DNA of 64,000 nt from Nocardioides sp. (GCF_050246775.1 NZ_JBFWVK010000001.1:854566-918565); one strand, 5' to 3'; positions 28,779-43,510 are shown, numbered from the stretch's first letter. A program made the numbers and translations. The notes: generated by a model from the letters alone, not told the origin.

Positions 28779-29858
28779 ATGGCTACTCCCGGTCGCGATC
28801 CCTGGCTCGACAACGTCAAGCTCACCCTGGTGGCACTCGTCGTCGTGGGCCATGCCTGGACCCTCCTGGAGTTGACCGATCTCCAGCGACAGGCCTACGA
28901 CTTCCTCTACTTCTGGCACGTCCCGGCCTTCGTGCTGGTGACCGGGCACCTGTCGCGCAGCTTCACCTGGAGCCGGCGCGGGTTCCGTGCTCTCCTCACG
29001 ACCTGCGTGGTGCCTTACGTCATCTTCGAGGCAGCCCTCTACGCCCTCAGATCGCGACTGGGTGAGGATCTCGAGGGCCCCATCTGGCTCGTCCCGCACT
29101 GGGCGATGTGGTATCTCTGCGTGCTGCTGCTCTGGCGGCTGGCCACTCCGGTGCTCAAGCGGCATGCGGGCTGGATCCCGGCGTCGGTGCTGATCAGCCT
29201 GCTCGCGGGCATGGTCCCCGGCCAGGAGCTTGCCCTCCAGCGGGCACTGGGCCTGCTGCCGTTCTTCGTGATCGGGCTCCACCTCGATCGCCGGGCGCTC
29301 GACGCCCTGTCCCAGCCCTTCCTCAAGCCGGTCGCGGTGGCCACGCTCGCGTGGATCTGGGTGGTCGCCGGCAGCATGGACGACTGGGGCCGGTCGCTGT
29401 TCCTGCTCTACGACGACGGATACGCCGGCCTCGGTTGGTCAGTGGCCACAGGGATGCAGGTGCGGCTCACCGTGATGGCGGTCGGGCTCCTGGGCACGGC
29501 CGCCGTGCTGGTGCTGGTGCCCCGGGGTCGCAGCGCGCTGACCTCGCTGGGGGCAGGGTCCTTGGTGGTGTACCTGTTCCACACGTTCGTCATCACCGCA
29601 GCCGACCATGCCGGTTGGGGCGACCTCGACCCGGGACACCAGATGCTCTGGTTCCTGATCACCACGGCGCTCGCGGTGGCACTGGCACTGGGGCTCGCCA
29701 GCCCACCGGTGACCCAGGTGCTGGGCCGGGTGGTGGATCCGATCGGTGCCTGGTCGCGTCGCCGCATGCCCTCAGGAGACGGGCGGGCCCCAGGTGGGGC
29801 GCACGGCCGAGCGGGGGACGGAGTCGAGGCCCGCAGCCTCGACCCGGTCGGGCGCTGA
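28779..29858 (+). CDS. Acyltransferase family 3 (membrane O-acyltransferase)
   Basis: RDPWLDNVK..LVALVVVGHAW, Y.WHVPAFVLVTG, PHWAMWYL, LPFF..G, multi-TM. Confidence 0.85.
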   Translation: MATPGRDPWLDNVKLTLVALVVVGHAWTLLELTDLQRQAYDFLYFWHVPAFVLVTGHLSRSFTWSRRGFRALLTTCVVPYVIFEAALYALRSRLGEDLEGPIWLVPHWAMWYLCVLLLWRLATPVLKRHAGWIPASVLISLLAGMVPGQELALQRALGLLPFFVIGLHLDRRALDALSQPFLKPVAVATLAWIWVVAGSMDDWGRSLFLLYDDGYAGLGWSVATGMQVRLTVMAVGLLGTAAVLVLVPRGRSALTSLGAGSLVVYLFHTFVITAADHAGWGDLDPGHQMLWFLITTALAVALALGLASPPVTQVLGRVVDPIGAWSRRRMPSGDGRAPGGAHGRAGDGVEARSLDPVGR

Positions 29859-30563
29859 ACCACCCAAGTGGGCGGGTTGCCACGCAGCGCGGTCTCCGGG
29901 AGCGGGCTGGTGCTCGGGTAGTCGCTGGAGGCTGTCCAGCAGCTCGGTGAGGCGTCGACCGAGGAAGGCGGTGGAGTCGTTCAGGTCCGCATCGGGCGCC
30001 ACCGTGAACGGCGTACCGAAGCTGATGTCCACCAGGTGACCGCGGCGAAGCTCGGGGCGGGGTTGCCTGCCCGCGACCGGACGCCGGACGCTCCAGATCC
30101 GCTGGGAGCCCCAGATCGCCACCGGCACGATGGCCGCACCGGTGTCCCGGGCCAGGGCCACAGCGCCGGGCATCAGGGCTCGCACGGTGAAGGAGTAGGA
30201 GATCCCCGCCTCCGGGAAGATCCCCACGGCCTCGCCGGCGCGCAGTCCCCGACGTGCGATCAGGTAGGCGTGGGCCGGCGCCATCCGGTCCACCGGGACA
30301 TGCTGCATGCGGTTCATCGCCCACGCCAGTGGTCCGGGCCGCCAGATGTCGCTGCGACACAGGAACCGCACGAAGCGTCCACGACGGATGGCGACCTTCT
30401 CGACCAGCACGAAGTCGAGGTAGCCGACGTGGGTCATCGCCAGGATCACCGGCCCCGAGCGCGGTAGGTGAGCCGTCCCGGTGCTGCGCACCCGGATCCC
30501 CCACAGTGCCAGCAGGAGGCGGCCCAGGAGGTTCGCCAGCCGGTAGGTCACCTGCCCCACCAC
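29772..30563 (-). CDS. Lysophospholipid acyltransferase (PlsC family)
   Basis: THVGYLD (HxxxxD), VGIFPEAG, IVPVAIWG; start near 30563 after AGAAGG SD; 3' end overlaps the convergent acyltransferase. Confidence 0.85.
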   Translation of the reverse strand: MVGQVTYRLANLLGRLLLALWGIRVRSTGTAHLPRSGPVILAMTHVGYLDFVLVEKVAIRRGRFVRFLCRSDIWRPGPLAWAMNRMQHVPVDRMAPAHAYLIARRGLRAGEAVGIFPEAGISYSFTVRALMPGAVALARDTGAAIVPVAIWGSQRIWSVRRPVAGRQPRPELRRGHLVDISFGTPFTVAPDADLNDSTAFLGRRLTELLDSLQRLPEHQPAPGDRAAWQPAHLGGSAPDRVEAAGLDSVPRSAVRPTWGPPVS

Positions 30564-30573
30564 CTCCACCCCT

Positions 30574-30644
30574 TCTCGATAGTCCCGAACGTTCGGCACC
30601 CGAAACGCCGGCTCGACGGTGCCAAACGTTCGGGACTATCGAGA
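30574..30644. repeat. Long inverted repeat element (27-bp arms, 1 mismatch, 17-nt loop)
   Basis: TCTCGATAGTCCCGAACGTTCGGCACC ... GGTGCCAAACGTTCGGGACTATCGAGA. Confidence 0.8.
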
Positions 30645-30661
30645 TGCGCGGGGCAGAGACA

Positions 30662-30698
30662 GCACAGGACCCCGGCCGTGACGGCCGGGGTCCTGTGC
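30662..30698 (-). terminator. rpoC terminator hairpin
   Basis: Perfect 18-bp arms GCACAGGACCCCGGCCGT-G-ACGGCCGGGGTCCTGTGC, 13 nt after the rpoC stop. Confidence 0.8.
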
Positions 30699-30711
30699 GG
30701 TGACATGCGAA

Positions 30712-34587
<3,876 letters not shown>

Positions 34588-34643
34588 GTTGGCTGCTTTC
34601 CTTCGTTATGCGAAATGTTGCTGAGTGGCTAGGACTGAGGGAG

Positions 34644-34674
34644 GGCAGTACGCCGGGCTGGCCGGCGTACTGCC
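34644..34674. other. rpoB-rpoC intergenic hairpin
   Basis: GGCAGTACGCCGG-GCTGG-CCGGCGTACTGCC, 13-bp stem. Confidence 0.6.
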
Positions 34675-34681
34675 ACTGCTC

Positions 34682-37600
34682 TCAGACTTCTTCGACGGAG
34701 CTGGGCTCGCGGCGGGACAGGTCGATCCCGAGTTCCTCGGCCGCCCGGAAGACATCTTCCTCGGCGTCCTTCATCTCGATGGTCGATCCGTCCTGGCTGA
34801 GCACCTCGACGTTGAGACACAGGGACTGCATCTCCTTGACGAGCACCTTGAACGACTCGGGGATCCCGGAGTCGGGGATGTTCTCGCCCTTGACGATGGC
34901 TTCGTAGACCTTCACACGGCCGGGCACGTCGTCGGACTTGATCGTCAGCAGCTCCTGCAGGGCGTAGGCGGCGCCGTACGCCTCCATCGCCCAGACCTCC
35001 ATCTCGCCGAACCGCTGGCCACCGAACTGGGCCTTGCCGCCCAGGGGCTGCTGCGTGATCATCGAGTAGGGGCCGGTCGAGCGTGCGTGGATCTTGTCGT
35101 CGACGAGGTGGTGGAGCTTGAGGATGTACATGTAGCCCACCGAGACCGGCTCCGGGAACGGCTCGCCGGAGCGACCGTCGAAGAGGCTGGCCTTGCCGTT
35201 GTCGCCGATCAGTCGCTGACCGTCACGGGTCGGCAGGGTGGCACCCAGCAGACCGGTGATCTCGTCCTCACGAGCACCGTCGAACACGGGGGTCGCGACC
35301 TTGGTGTTGGCCTCGGCCTTCTCCGCGTGGATGGAGATCAGGCGCTGCTTCCAGCCATCGGGGTCGGAGTCGGACTTGGCACCCTTGGTCTCGTGGAGAT
35401 CGAGGTCCCAGCCCTGCTTGGCCAACCAGCCGAGGTGCAGCTCGAGGATCTGGCCGATGTTCATCCGGCGCGGCACACCGAGCGGGTTGAGGATCACGTC
35501 GACCGGGGTGCCGTCCTCCATGAACGGCATGTCCTCGATCGGCAGGATCTTGGCGATGACGCCCTTGTTGCCGTGACGACCGGCGAGCTTGTCACCCACC
35601 GAGATCTTGCGCTTCTGGGCGACGTAGACGCGGACCAGCTGGTTGACACCCGGGGGCAGCTCGTCGCCCTCTTCGCGGTCGAAGACGCGAACGCCGATGA
35701 CCGTGCCGGACTCACCGTGCGGGACCTTCATGGAGGTGTCGCGCACCTCGCGCGCCTTCTCGCCGAAGATCGCGCGGAGCAGGCGCTCCTCAGGGGTCAG
35801 CTCGGTCTCGCCCTTCGGCGTCACCTTGCCGACCAGGATGTCACCCGTGGTGACCTCGGCGCCGATGCGGATGATCCCGCGCTCGTCGAGGTCGGCCAGC
35901 ATCTCCTCGGAGACGTTGGGGATGTCGCGGGTGATCTCCTCCGGGCCGAGCTTGGTGTCGCGGGCGTCGACCTCGTGCTCCTCGATGTGGATCGAGGTGA
36001 GCATGTCCTCCTGGACCAGTCGCTGGCTCAGGATGATCGCGTCTTCGTAGTTGTGGCCCTGCCACGGCATGAAGGCGACGAGCAGGTTGGTGCCCAGCGC
36101 CATCTCCGCCTTGTCGGTGCACGGGCCGTCGGCGATCGGCGAACCGGCGCGACCGTTCTGCGGCCCCTCGACCCGGTCACCCTCGCTGACCAGCGGACGC
36201 TGGTTGATGCAGGTGCCCTGGTTGGAGCGACGGAACTTGGCCAGCTTGTAGGTCTCGTAGGTGCCGTCGTCGTTCATCACCTCGACGACGTCGGCCGACA
36301 CCTCCTTGACAACACCGGAGTTCTTCGCGGTGACCACGTCCCCGGCGTCGACCGCGGCACGGAACTCCATGCCGGTGCCGACGAGCGGCGAGTCGCTGCG
36401 GATCAGGGGAACGGCCTGACGCTGCATGTTGGCACCCATGAGTGCGCGGTTGGCGTCGTCGTGCTCGAGGAACGGGATCAGGGCCGTGGCCACCGACACC
36501 ATCTGGCGCGGCGACACGTCCATGTAGTCGACCTCGGCGGCGAGGATCTCGGAGACCTCACCGTCACGCTGGCGCACCAGCACGCGCTCGCTGGTCAGCT
36601 TGTTGTTCTTGTCCAGCCCGGCGTTGGCCTGCGCGATGACCGCGCGGTCCTCGTCGTCGGCGGTCAGGTAGTGGATCTCGTCGGTGACGACGCCGTCGGT
36701 GACCACCCGGTAGGGGGTCTCGACGAAGCCGAACGGGTTGATCCGACCGTACGACGCGAGGGAACCGATCAGGCCGATGTTCGGGCCTTCAGGGGTCTCG
36801 ATGGGGCACATGCGGCCGTAGTGCGACGGGTGGACGTCACGGACCTCCATGCCGGCGCGGTCACGGGAGAGACCACCGGGGCCGAGGGCCGAGAGCCGAC
36901 GCTTGTGCGTCAGTCCGGCGATCGGGTTGGTCTGGTCCATGAACTGCGAGAGCTGCGAGGTGCCGAAGAACTCCTTCAGCGCAGCGACCACGGGACGGAT
37001 GTTGATCAGGGACTGCGGCGTGATGGCCTCGACGTCCTGGGTCGTCATCCGCTCGCGCACGACGCGCTCCATGCGAGCAAGGCCGGTGCGCAGCTGGTTC
37101 TGGATGAGCTCGCCGACCGTCCGCATCCGGCGGTTGCCGAAGTGGTCGATGTCGTCGGCAGAGATCGCCAGGGTGCCCTGGGGCGTCTCCAGCTCGGTGC
37201 GGCCGTCGTGCAGGGCCACGATGTAGCGGATCGCGGCGACGATGTCGTCGATGGTCTGCGTCTGCTGGTCGAACGCCTCGAGCAACCCGAGCTTCTTGTT
37301 GATCTTGTAGCGACCGACCTTCGCCAGGTCGTAGCGCTTCGGGTTGAAGTAGTAGTTGTTCAGCAGCGTCTGAGCAGCCTCCCGGGTGGGCGGTTCGCCC
37401 GGACGCAGCTTGCGGTAGATGTCGAGCAGCGCGTCGTCCTGGGCCTGGGTGTGGTCCTTCTCCAGGGTGAGCATCATCGACTCGTACTCGCCGAACTCTT
37501 CACGGATCTGCTCGTTGGTCCACCCGAGGGCCTTGAGCAGGACGGTGACGTTCTGCTTGCGCTTGCGGTCGAGGCGGACCCCGACCATGTCGCGCTTGTC

Positions 37601-38182
37601 GATCTCGAACTCCAGCCAGGCACCGCGCGACGGGATCACCTTGGCGGTGTAGATGTCCTTGTCGGACGTCTTGTCGGCGGTCCGCTCGAAGTAGACACCC
37701 GGCGACCGGACGAGCTGCGACACGACGACGCGCTCGGTGCCGTTGATGATGAAGGTGCCCTTGTCGGTCATGAGCGGGAAGTCGCCCATGAAGACCGTCT
37801 GGCCCTTGATCTCACCGGTGTCGTTGTTGGTGAACTCCGCGGACACGTAGAGCGGTGCGGAGTAGGTGAAGTCCTTCTCCTTGCACTCCTCGACCGTGTA
37901 CTTCGGGTCGTAGAAGACGGGGTTCTCGAACGAGAGCGACATCGTCTCGGAGAAGTCTTCGATCGGGGAGATCTCCTCGAAGATCTCCTGGAGGCCCGAC
38001 TTGGGGCTGACGTCCTCACCCGCGTCGACGCGGGCCTGGACCTGCTTCTCCCAGTTGGCGTTTCCGACCAACCAGTCGAAGCTGTCAGTCTGCAGAGCCA
38101 GGAGTTGCGGAACCTCGAGAGGTTCACTGATCTTTGCGAAAGAAATACGGTGAGCGTTTCCAGCGGTGCTGCGCGCGGCCAA
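34682..38182 (-). CDS. rpoB: RNA polymerase beta subunit
   Basis: [60 protein letters not shown]; TTG start. Confidence 0.99.
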   Translation of the reverse strand: MAARSTAGNAHRISFAKISEPLEVPQLLALQTDSFDWLVGNANWEKQVQARVDAGEDVSPKSGLQEIFEEISPIEDFSETMSLSFENPVFYDPKYTVEECKEKDFTYSAPLYVSAEFTNNDTGEIKGQTVFMGDFPLMTDKGTFIINGTERVVVSQLVRSPGVYFERTADKTSDKDIYTAKVIPSRGAWLEFEIDKRDMVGVRLDRKRKQNVTVLLKALGWTNEQIREEFGEYESMMLTLEKDHTQAQDDALLDIYRKLRPGEPPTREAAQTLLNNYYFNPKRYDLAKVGRYKINKKLGLLEAFDQQTQTIDDIVAAIRYIVALHDGRTELETPQGTLAISADDIDHFGNRRMRTVGELIQNQLRTGLARMERVVRERMTTQDVEAITPQSLINIRPVVAALKEFFGTSQLSQFMDQTNPIAGLTHKRRLSALGPGGLSRDRAGMEVRDVHPSHYGRMCPIETPEGPNIGLIGSLASYGRINPFGFVETPYRVVTDGVVTDEIHYLTADDEDRAVIAQANAGLDKNNKLTSERVLVRQRDGEVSEILAAEVDYMDVSPRQMVSVATALIPFLEHDDANRALMGANMQRQAVPLIRSDSPLVGTGMEFRAAVDAGDVVTAKNSGVVKEVSADVVEVMNDDGTYETYKLAKFRRSNQGTCINQRPLVSEGDRVEGPQNGRAGSPIADGPCTDKAEMALGTNLLVAFMPWQGHNYEDAIILSQRLVQEDMLTSIHIEEHEVDARDTKLGPEEITRDIPNVSEEMLADLDERGIIRIGAEVTTGDILVGKVTPKGETELTPEERLLRAIFGEKAREVRDTSMKVPHGESGTVIGVRVFDREEGDELPPGVNQLVRVYVAQKRKISVGDKLAGRHGNKGVIAKILPIEDMPFMEDGTPVDVILNPLGVPRRMNIGQILELHLGWLAKQGWDLDLHETKGAKSDSDPDGWKQRLISIHAEKAEANTKVATPVFDGAREDEITGLLGATLPTRDGQRLIGDNGKASLFDGRSGEPFPEPVSVGYMYILKLHHLVDDKIHARSTGPYSMITQQPLGGKAQFGGQRFGEMEVWAMEAYGAAYALQELLTIKSDDVPGRVKVYEAIVKGENIPDSGIPESFKVLVKEMQSLCLNVEVLSQDGSTIEMKDAEEDVFRAAEELGIDLSRREPSSVEEV

Positions 38183-38348
38183 GAGAGCGTCCTTCTTATG
38201 GGTTCGCGTCGGTACGACTGTCCACCCACCACAAACCAGCCACCGGGCAGGCAGGAAGTATTTGAGGGAGGACGCGAACGCTCAGAGTAACGCAAATGCA
38301 GGCGCTAAACAACCTGCGCCTGGGCCGAAGGCCTGTCGCTGCCCGATG

Positions 38349-38377
38349 ATCATGAACCGGCAAGCCGCTCAGGTCAA
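38349..38377 (-). promoter_or_regulatory. Candidate rpoBC promoter
   Basis: Minus strand TTGACC (38377-38372)-N17-CATGAT (38354-38349). Confidence 0.55.
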
Positions 38378-38419
38378 GCACAAACGGGTCTCGAGTGCTT
38401 CTGGATCCCGGAAATGACA

Positions 38420-38455
38420 CACGGCGGCCACCCCGAAACCGGGGCGGCCGCCGTG
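38420..38455 (-). terminator. rplJL terminator hairpin
   Basis: CACGGCGGCCACCCC-GAAACC-GGGGCGGCCGCCGTG downstream of rplL. Confidence 0.7.
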
Positions 38456-38471
38456 ATCAGTCAGTGACAGG

Positions 38472-38861
38472 TCACTTGAGCGAGACGCTGGCGCCGGCGG
38501 CCTCGAGGGCCTCCTTCGCCTTGTCGGCCGCAGCCTTGTCGACGCCCTCGAGGACAGCCTTGGGGGCGGCCTCGACGAGGTCCTTGGCCTCCTTCAGGCC
38601 GAGGGAGGTCAGGGCGCGCACCTCCTTGATGACGTTGATCTTCTTCTCGCCGGCCGCTTCGAGGACGACGTCGAAGGAGTCCTGAGCAACCTCTTCCTCA
38701 GCAGCAGCAGCGCCGCCACCGGGAGCGGCCGCAGCAACGGCCACGGGAGCCGCGGCGGTCACGCCGAAGGTCTCCTCGAACTGCTTCACGAACTCGGAGA
38801 GCTCGATGAGGGTCATTTCCTTGAACGCGTCGAGCAGCTCGTCAGTGCTGAGCTTCGCCAT
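38472..38861 (-). CDS. rplL: 50S ribosomal protein L7/L12
   Basis: [54 protein letters not shown]. Confidence 0.98.
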   Translation of the reverse strand: MAKLSTDELLDAFKEMTLIELSEFVKQFEETFGVTAAAPVAVAAAAPGGGAAAAEEEVAQDSFDVVLEAAGEKKINVIKEVRALTSLGLKEAKDLVEAAPKAVLEGVDKAAADKAKEALEAAGASVSLK

Positions 38862-38944
38862 GATGGCGTTTCCTTCCGTTTGTGGTCCGCCCCGGGTGTG
38901 AGTGGGACGAACCGGATTTCAGGTGGTGTTGCCGTCGCCCGGGA

Positions 38945-39610
38945 TCAGGCTTCGGTGGTCTCGGCTGCCTCTTCGGTCACCTCGGCGGCGGCCTCGGGGG
39001 CCTCCTCCGGGACTTCCTCGGCGGCGACCGGGGCGTCCTCAGCAGCAGCTTGCGCCGGAGCCGGCGTACCAGCACCACCTGCGAGGATCGAGGGGTCCTG
39101 CTCCGCCTTCGCCTGCAGGGCGCCGGCGAGCCGGGCAGCCTGTGCGAGCGGGGCGTTGAGCAGGTAGACGGCCTGGGAGAGCGACGCGAGCATGGCGCCC
39201 GCGAGCTTGCCCATCAGCACCTCGCGCGACTCGAGGTCGGCCAGCTTGGCGACCTCCTTCGCGTCGAGGATGTTGCCGTCCAGGACACCGCCCTTGATCA
39301 CAAGGGCGGGGTTGGCCTTGGCAAAGTCACGCAGGCCCTTGGCCGCCTCGACCACATCGCCGTTGATGAAGGCGATGGCGGTCGGACCGACGAGCAGGTC
39401 ATCGAAACCATCGATGCCCACCTCCCCGGCAGCGATCTTGGCGAGCGTGTTCTTGACCACGGCGTAATCAGCGTTCTCGCCGAGGGAGCGCCGCAGGTCC
39501 TGCAGCTGCTTCACGGTGAGACCGCGGTACTCGGTCAGCACAGCACCAGCAGAACCGTTGAAGGACTCAACGATCTCCGCCACGGCTGCTGTCTTGTCTG
39601 GCCGCGCCAT
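38945..39610 (-). CDS. rplJ: 50S ribosomal protein L10
   Basis: MARPDK, EYRGLTV, VVKNTL, GPTAIAF, L.S.E.L..KLAG; Ala/Glu-rich C-terminal tail. Confidence 0.97.
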   Translation of the reverse strand: MARPDKTAAVAEIVESFNGSAGAVLTEYRGLTVKQLQDLRRSLGENADYAVVKNTLAKIAAGEVGIDGFDDLLVGPTAIAFINGDVVEAAKGLRDFAKANPALVIKGGVLDGNILDAKEVAKLADLESREVLMGKLAGAMLASLSQAVYLLNAPLAQAARLAGALQAKAEQDPSILAGGAGTPAPAQAAAEDAPVAAEEVPEEAPEAAAEVTEEAAETTEA

Positions 39611-39639
39611 GGGTCTCCTTCCGAACTACGTGTTTCGAG

Positions 39640-39800
39640 ACCCGCGCAAACGGAAAAACGCCCCGGCACAGGGCCAGGGCGTTGAATGGATCCGGCTGTG
39701 AAGCCTGCGATCCTGCTCTGTCACCTGCGCTGGCGTCCCGCGTGAGCGGAGCCTTCGGTCACACTGCGCAGGGCACAGCACGACAACCGGCGGTCTCTGG
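39640..39800 (-). promoter_or_regulatory. L10 leader (rplJ autoregulatory RNA), boundaries approximate
   Basis: 5' leader CCAGAGACCGCCGG...GAAGGCTCC...CGCAGGTG...GCCCTGG upstream of rplJ; -10 TACAGT at 39817-39812. Confidence 0.6.
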
Positions 39801-39917
39801 ATTCAGGAGGAACTGTACGACGTCCGCGCCGCCCCCGCCAAATCGGGTGATCACGGGTGCGGTGCCGATTGTCCCAATCGCCTGCGAGCAGTCGAGCGCT
39901 CTGGTCCAATTCTTTGC

Positions 39918-40916
39918 ATGGATCCACAGCTGACCGCGCTGAACGTCGTACTCGAACGGACCGACGAGCGCCTGCGCTCCGGAGCGGACCACCCGAACAT
40001 CTGGCCGACCGGGTTCCCGCCGCTCGACGACGCCCTGAGCGGCGGCCTGCGCTCGGGGAGCCTGATGCTCCTTGCCGGTGCCCAGGGCGCGGGCAAGACC
40101 ACGTTCGCGCTCCAGATGGCCCGCAACGCGGCTGCGGCCGGTCACACGGTCGCCTACTTCACCTACGAGCACGATGCCGAGTCGATGCTCGAGCGGCTGA
40201 TCGCCATGGAGGCCGGTCTGCTCGGGGACATGAGTGCCCCCGGCCTCAACCGGGTGCGTGAGGCGTTCGAGGCCGACGACCCGCGCCTCGGTGGCCTCGC
40301 CGACCGGCTGTCAGACACCTCGGTGGGTGCCGAGGCGGTCAAGAACGTGGAGTCCTACGGCAACCGCATGCACATCCACCGGTCCACGGGCTCGACCACC
40401 TCCATGGAGGTCATCAGCGCCGCCGTCGAGCAGGTCTGGGAGGAGACCGGTGAGGCGCCCATGGTCGTCGTGGACTACCTGCAGAAGGTCAAGGCCGACA
40501 ACAACCTGGCCGTCGAGGACGAGCGGGTGACCGCGATCGTCGAGGGTCTCAAGGACCTGGCCATCGCCGCCAACGTGCCGGTCGTGTCGATCGTGGCGGC
40601 GGACAAGGACGGGCTCCAGACCGGCAAGCGGATGCGGGCCCAGCACCTGCGCGGCTCGACGGCGCTGGCCTACGAGGCCGACATCCTGCTCATCCTGAAC
40701 AACAAGTTCGACCTCGTCTCGCGCCACCACCTGGTGTTCGCCATGGGCAACGTGGACAAGTTCAAGCAGATGGCTGTGGTGAGCATCGAGAAGAACCGGC
40801 ACGGCTTCGACGGCATCGACCTCGAGTTCAAGAAGCGGTTCGAGCAGAGCCGCTTCGAGACCAACGGCAACCGCGTGATGGAGCAGCTGGTCGACGACCG
40901 CGTCTTCACCGAGTGA
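39918..40916 (+). CDS. Stand-alone DnaB-like helicase C-terminal (RecA-fold) domain protein
   Basis: TGFPPLDD.L.GG, Walker A GAQGAGKT, FTYE (H1a), VVVDYLQ (H2), LKDLA (H3), LRGSTALAYEAD (H4), EKNRHG; no N-terminal DnaB domain. Confidence 0.8.
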   Translation: MDPQLTALNVVLERTDERLRSGADHPNIWPTGFPPLDDALSGGLRSGSLMLLAGAQGAGKTTFALQMARNAAAAGHTVAYFTYEHDAESMLERLIAMEAGLLGDMSAPGLNRVREAFEADDPRLGGLADRLSDTSVGAEAVKNVESYGNRMHIHRSTGSTTSMEVISAAVEQVWEETGEAPMVVVDYLQKVKADNNLAVEDERVTAIVEGLKDLAIAANVPVVSIVAADKDGLQTGKRMRAQHLRGSTALAYEADILLILNNKFDLVSRHHLVFAMGNVDKFKQMAVVSIEKNRHGFDGIDLEFKKRFEQSRFETNGNRVMEQLVDDRVFTE

Positions 40917-40918
40917 TC

Positions 40919-40996
40919 GACCTGTCGCAGATGGACGCCGAAATCGCATCGACCTGTCGCAGATGTACGTGAGGCCGTGTACATCTGCGACAGGTC
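40919..40996. repeat. REP family A cluster (two direct copies plus one inverted copy)
   Basis: GACCTGTCGCAGATG(G/T)AC at 40919 and 40951 (period 32), reverse complement at 40979-40996; between convergent DnaB-like gene and rplA. Confidence 0.85.
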
Positions 40997-41005
40997 GGCG
41001 AGAGG

Positions 41006-41725
41006 TCAGGCCTGGGCGTCGTCCTCGAGGGTGACGTTCTTGGTGCGGTTCGGGTCGACCTGGACACCGGGGCCCATCGTCGTCGACACGGTGACCTTGC
41101 GGATGTAGCGGCCCTTGGAGCTGGCCGGCTTGAGCCGCAGCACCTCTTCGAGGGCAGCCGCGTAGTTCTCGGCCAGGGAGGCCTGCTCGAACGACGCCTT
41201 GCCGATGATGAAGTGCAGGTTGGCGTGGCGGTCGACGCGGAACTCGATCTTGCCGCCCTTGATGTCCGTCACGGCCTTGGCCACGTCGGGGGTGACGGTG
41301 CCGGTCTTCGGGTTGGGCATCAGACCACGCGGTCCGAGTACGCGACCGAGCCGGCCGACCTTGCCCATCATGTCGGGAGTCGCGACGACGGCGTCGAAGT
41401 CGAGCCATCCGCCGTTGACCTTCTCGATGAGCTCGTCGCCACCGACGAAGTCGGCACCGGCCTCACGGGCGGCCTCCGCCTTCTCAGCGTTGGCGAAGAC
41501 CAGGACCCTGGCGGTCTTGCCGGTGCCGTGCGGGAGGTTGACCGTGCCGCGGACCATCTGGTCGGCCTTGCGGGGGTCGACACCGAGACGCATGACGACG
41601 TCGACGGTCTCGTCGAACTTCTTGCGGCTGCCGGCCTTGGCGATCTTGATCGCGGCCAGGGGGGCGTGGAGCTCGTCCTTGTCGAACGTCTCCGCGACCG
41701 CGCGGTAACTCTTGCTGCGCTGCAT
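41006..41725 (-). CDS. rplA: 50S ribosomal protein L1
   Basis: [52 protein letters not shown]. Confidence 0.98.
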   Translation of the reverse strand: MQRSKSYRAVAETFDKDELHAPLAAIKIAKAGSRKKFDETVDVVMRLGVDPRKADQMVRGTVNLPHGTGKTARVLVFANAEKAEAAREAGADFVGGDELIEKVNGGWLDFDAVVATPDMMGKVGRLGRVLGPRGLMPNPKTGTVTPDVAKAVTDIKGGKIEFRVDRHANLHFIIGKASFEQASLAENYAAALEEVLRLKPASSKGRYIRKVTVSTTMGPGVQVDPNRTKNVTLEDDAQA

Positions 41726-41798
41726 GACTGGTTCTTCTCTCTTCCAGGTGTGGTCAGTAGTGGGCCAACGCGGCCCTGCCACAGATTTCTCGGGTGGA

Positions 41799-42227
41799 TC
41801 AGTTGGTGGTGACGCCCATGGAACGAGCGGTGCCCTCAACGATCTTCATGGCGGCCTCGACGTCGTTGGCGTTGAGGTCGGGAAGCTTCGTGGTCGCGAT
41901 CTCGCGCACCTGGTCCTTGGTCAGCTTGCCGACCTTGTCCTTGTGCGGGACACCGGAACCCTTGGTCAGGCCGGCAGCCTTCTTGATCAGCTCGGAGGCC
42001 GGCGGGGTCTTGGTGATGAACGTGAACGAACGGTCCTCGAAGATGGTGATCTCGACGGGGATGACGTTGCCGCGCATCGACTCGGTCTGCGCGTTGTAGG
42101 CCTTGCAGAACTCCATGATGTTCACGCCGTGCGGACCGAGGGCGGTTCCGACCGGCGGAGCGGGAGTGGCTGCCCCAGCCTGGAGCTGCACCTTGACGAG
42201 CGCAGCGATCTTCTTCTTGGGAGGCAT
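41799..42227 (-). CDS. rplK: 50S ribosomal protein L11
   Basis: [37 protein letters not shown]. Confidence 0.99.
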   Translation of the reverse strand: MPPKKKIAALVKVQLQAGAATPAPPVGTALGPHGVNIMEFCKAYNAQTESMRGNVIPVEITIFEDRSFTFITKTPPASELIKKAAGLTKGSGVPHKDKVGKLTKDQVREIATTKLPDLNANDVEAAMKIVEGTARSMGVTTN

Positions 42228-42322
42228 TTCTCAGGGTCCTTAAGTGTTGGTACGTCGTGGTCCGACGAGTACGGCGCCGACGGATCGAGCCGCGCTCTGC
42301 CACCTGGTTGTTGCGGTGAGCC

Positions 42323-43159
42323 TCAGACCTTCTGGATCTGGTTGAAGCTCAACTCGACCGGGGTCTCCCGGCCGAAGATCTCGACGAGGGCCTTGACCCT
42401 CTGTGCTTCTGCGTTGATCTCGGTGATCGTCGCGTGCAGCGTGGCGAACGGTCCGTCGACCACCATCACCGAGTCGGACACGTCGAAGTCGGCGACCTCG
42501 ACCGGCCGGCGGACCGTGGTGGAGGTGCCGCCACCGGACGCGTTGCCCGCCGCAGCAGCCTCGGCCTCGGCCGCGGCGACGACGGCGGGGGCGAGCATGT
42601 TCTCGACCTCATCCATCGACAGCGGGACCGGCTGGTGGCTGTGGCCGACGAACCCGGTGACCGAGGGGGTGTGGCGCACGGCCGCCCAGGACTCGTCGGT
42701 GAGGTCCATGCGGACCAGGACGTAGCCGGGGAGCACGGTGCGCTTGACCAACTTGCGCTGGCCGTTCTTGATCTCGGCGACCTCTTCGGTGGGGACCACG
42801 ATCTCGTGGATGTAGTCCTCCATGTTCAAGGAGATGATCCGGTTCTCGAGGTTGGCCTTCACCCTGTTCTCCATGCCGGAGTAGGTGTGGATGACGAACC
42901 AGTCGCCCGGCTTGGCCCAGAGTGCGGCGCGGAACTCCTCGAGGGGGTCACCGGCCGGCGCGTCCTCGTCGACCTCGTCGGCCGGCGCGTCCTCGTCGGC
43001 CGCGGCCTCCGACTCGTCCTCCGCAGGCTCGAGCACCGAATCGGACTCCACCGAGTCAGGCTCGAGCGCCACCTCGGCGTCGACCACCGAATCGGCGTCG
43101 TCGGCCGTGATGGCCTCGGTTGCTTCGTCGTACTGCTCCGACACGTGTTGCTCCGTCAC
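42323..43159 (-). CDS. nusG: Transcription termination/antitermination factor NusG
   Basis: [55 protein letters not shown]; acidic actinobacterial N-extension. Confidence 0.98.
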   Translation of the reverse strand: MTEQHVSEQYDEATEAITADDADSVVDAEVALEPDSVESDSVLEPAEDESEAAADEDAPADEVDEDAPAGDPLEEFRAALWAKPGDWFVIHTYSGMENRVKANLENRIISLNMEDYIHEIVVPTEEVAEIKNGQRKLVKRTVLPGYVLVRMDLTDESWAAVRHTPSVTGFVGHSHQPVPLSMDEVENMLAPAVVAAAEAEAAAAGNASGGGTSTTVRRPVEVADFDVSDSVMVVDGPFATLHATITEINAEAQRVKALVEIFGRETPVELSFNQIQKV

Positions 43160-43240
43160 TTGATTGCCTGTTGTCTGCGAGTTGTCTCTGGCGACCTGCC
43201 CGAGGTCCGCGAGCCGCGCTCGGGGACCGGGCCGTTGGCG

Positions 43241-43462
43241 CTACTGCTTGTTTCCGCCGGCGAACACCGCGAAGACCAGCTTGCCGAAGCCCAGGTCGAG
43301 CGCCGAGACCAGCGCCATCATGAAGACCACGAAGACCACCACCACGATGAAGTAGGTGATGAGCTGCTCCTGCGTGGGCCACACGACCTTGCGCAACTCG
43401 GCAACGACCTGGCGGTAGAACGTGGCCGGACTCGTGCGTTTCGAGCTGGAAAGCTCTGACAC
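43241..43462 (-). CDS. secE: Preprotein translocase subunit SecE
   Basis: FYRQVVAELRKVVWPT, single TM, located between tRNA-Trp and nusG. Confidence 0.96.
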   Translation of the reverse strand: MSELSSSKRTSPATFYRQVVAELRKVVWPTQEQLITYFIVVVVFVVFMMALVSALDLGFGKLVFAVFAGGNKQ

Positions 43463-43510
43463 TACTGACCCACCTCATCCTTCGTCGTTGATCGCTGACC
43501 GGTTGTCTTG

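Noticed and set aside
29772-29858. 87-bp overlap of convergent acyltransferase genes as antisense regulation
   Set aside because: 3' overlaps of convergent genes are frequent in high-GC genomes, and the overlapping tails are low-complexity
36130-36190. Short insertion (GPQNGRAG) in RpoB before IADGPC
   Set aside because: Appears to be a small lineage-specific loop indel; no evidence of functional novelty or of an intein
39918-40916. Prophage/plasmid remnant or true replicative dnaB
   Set aside because: No integrase, primase, att repeats or other phage genes nearby; lacks the DnaB N-terminal domain
42323-43159. Acidic N-terminal extension of NusG and Ala/Glu tail of RplJ as novelties
   Set aside because: Low-complexity extensions of this kind are common in actinobacterial orthologs
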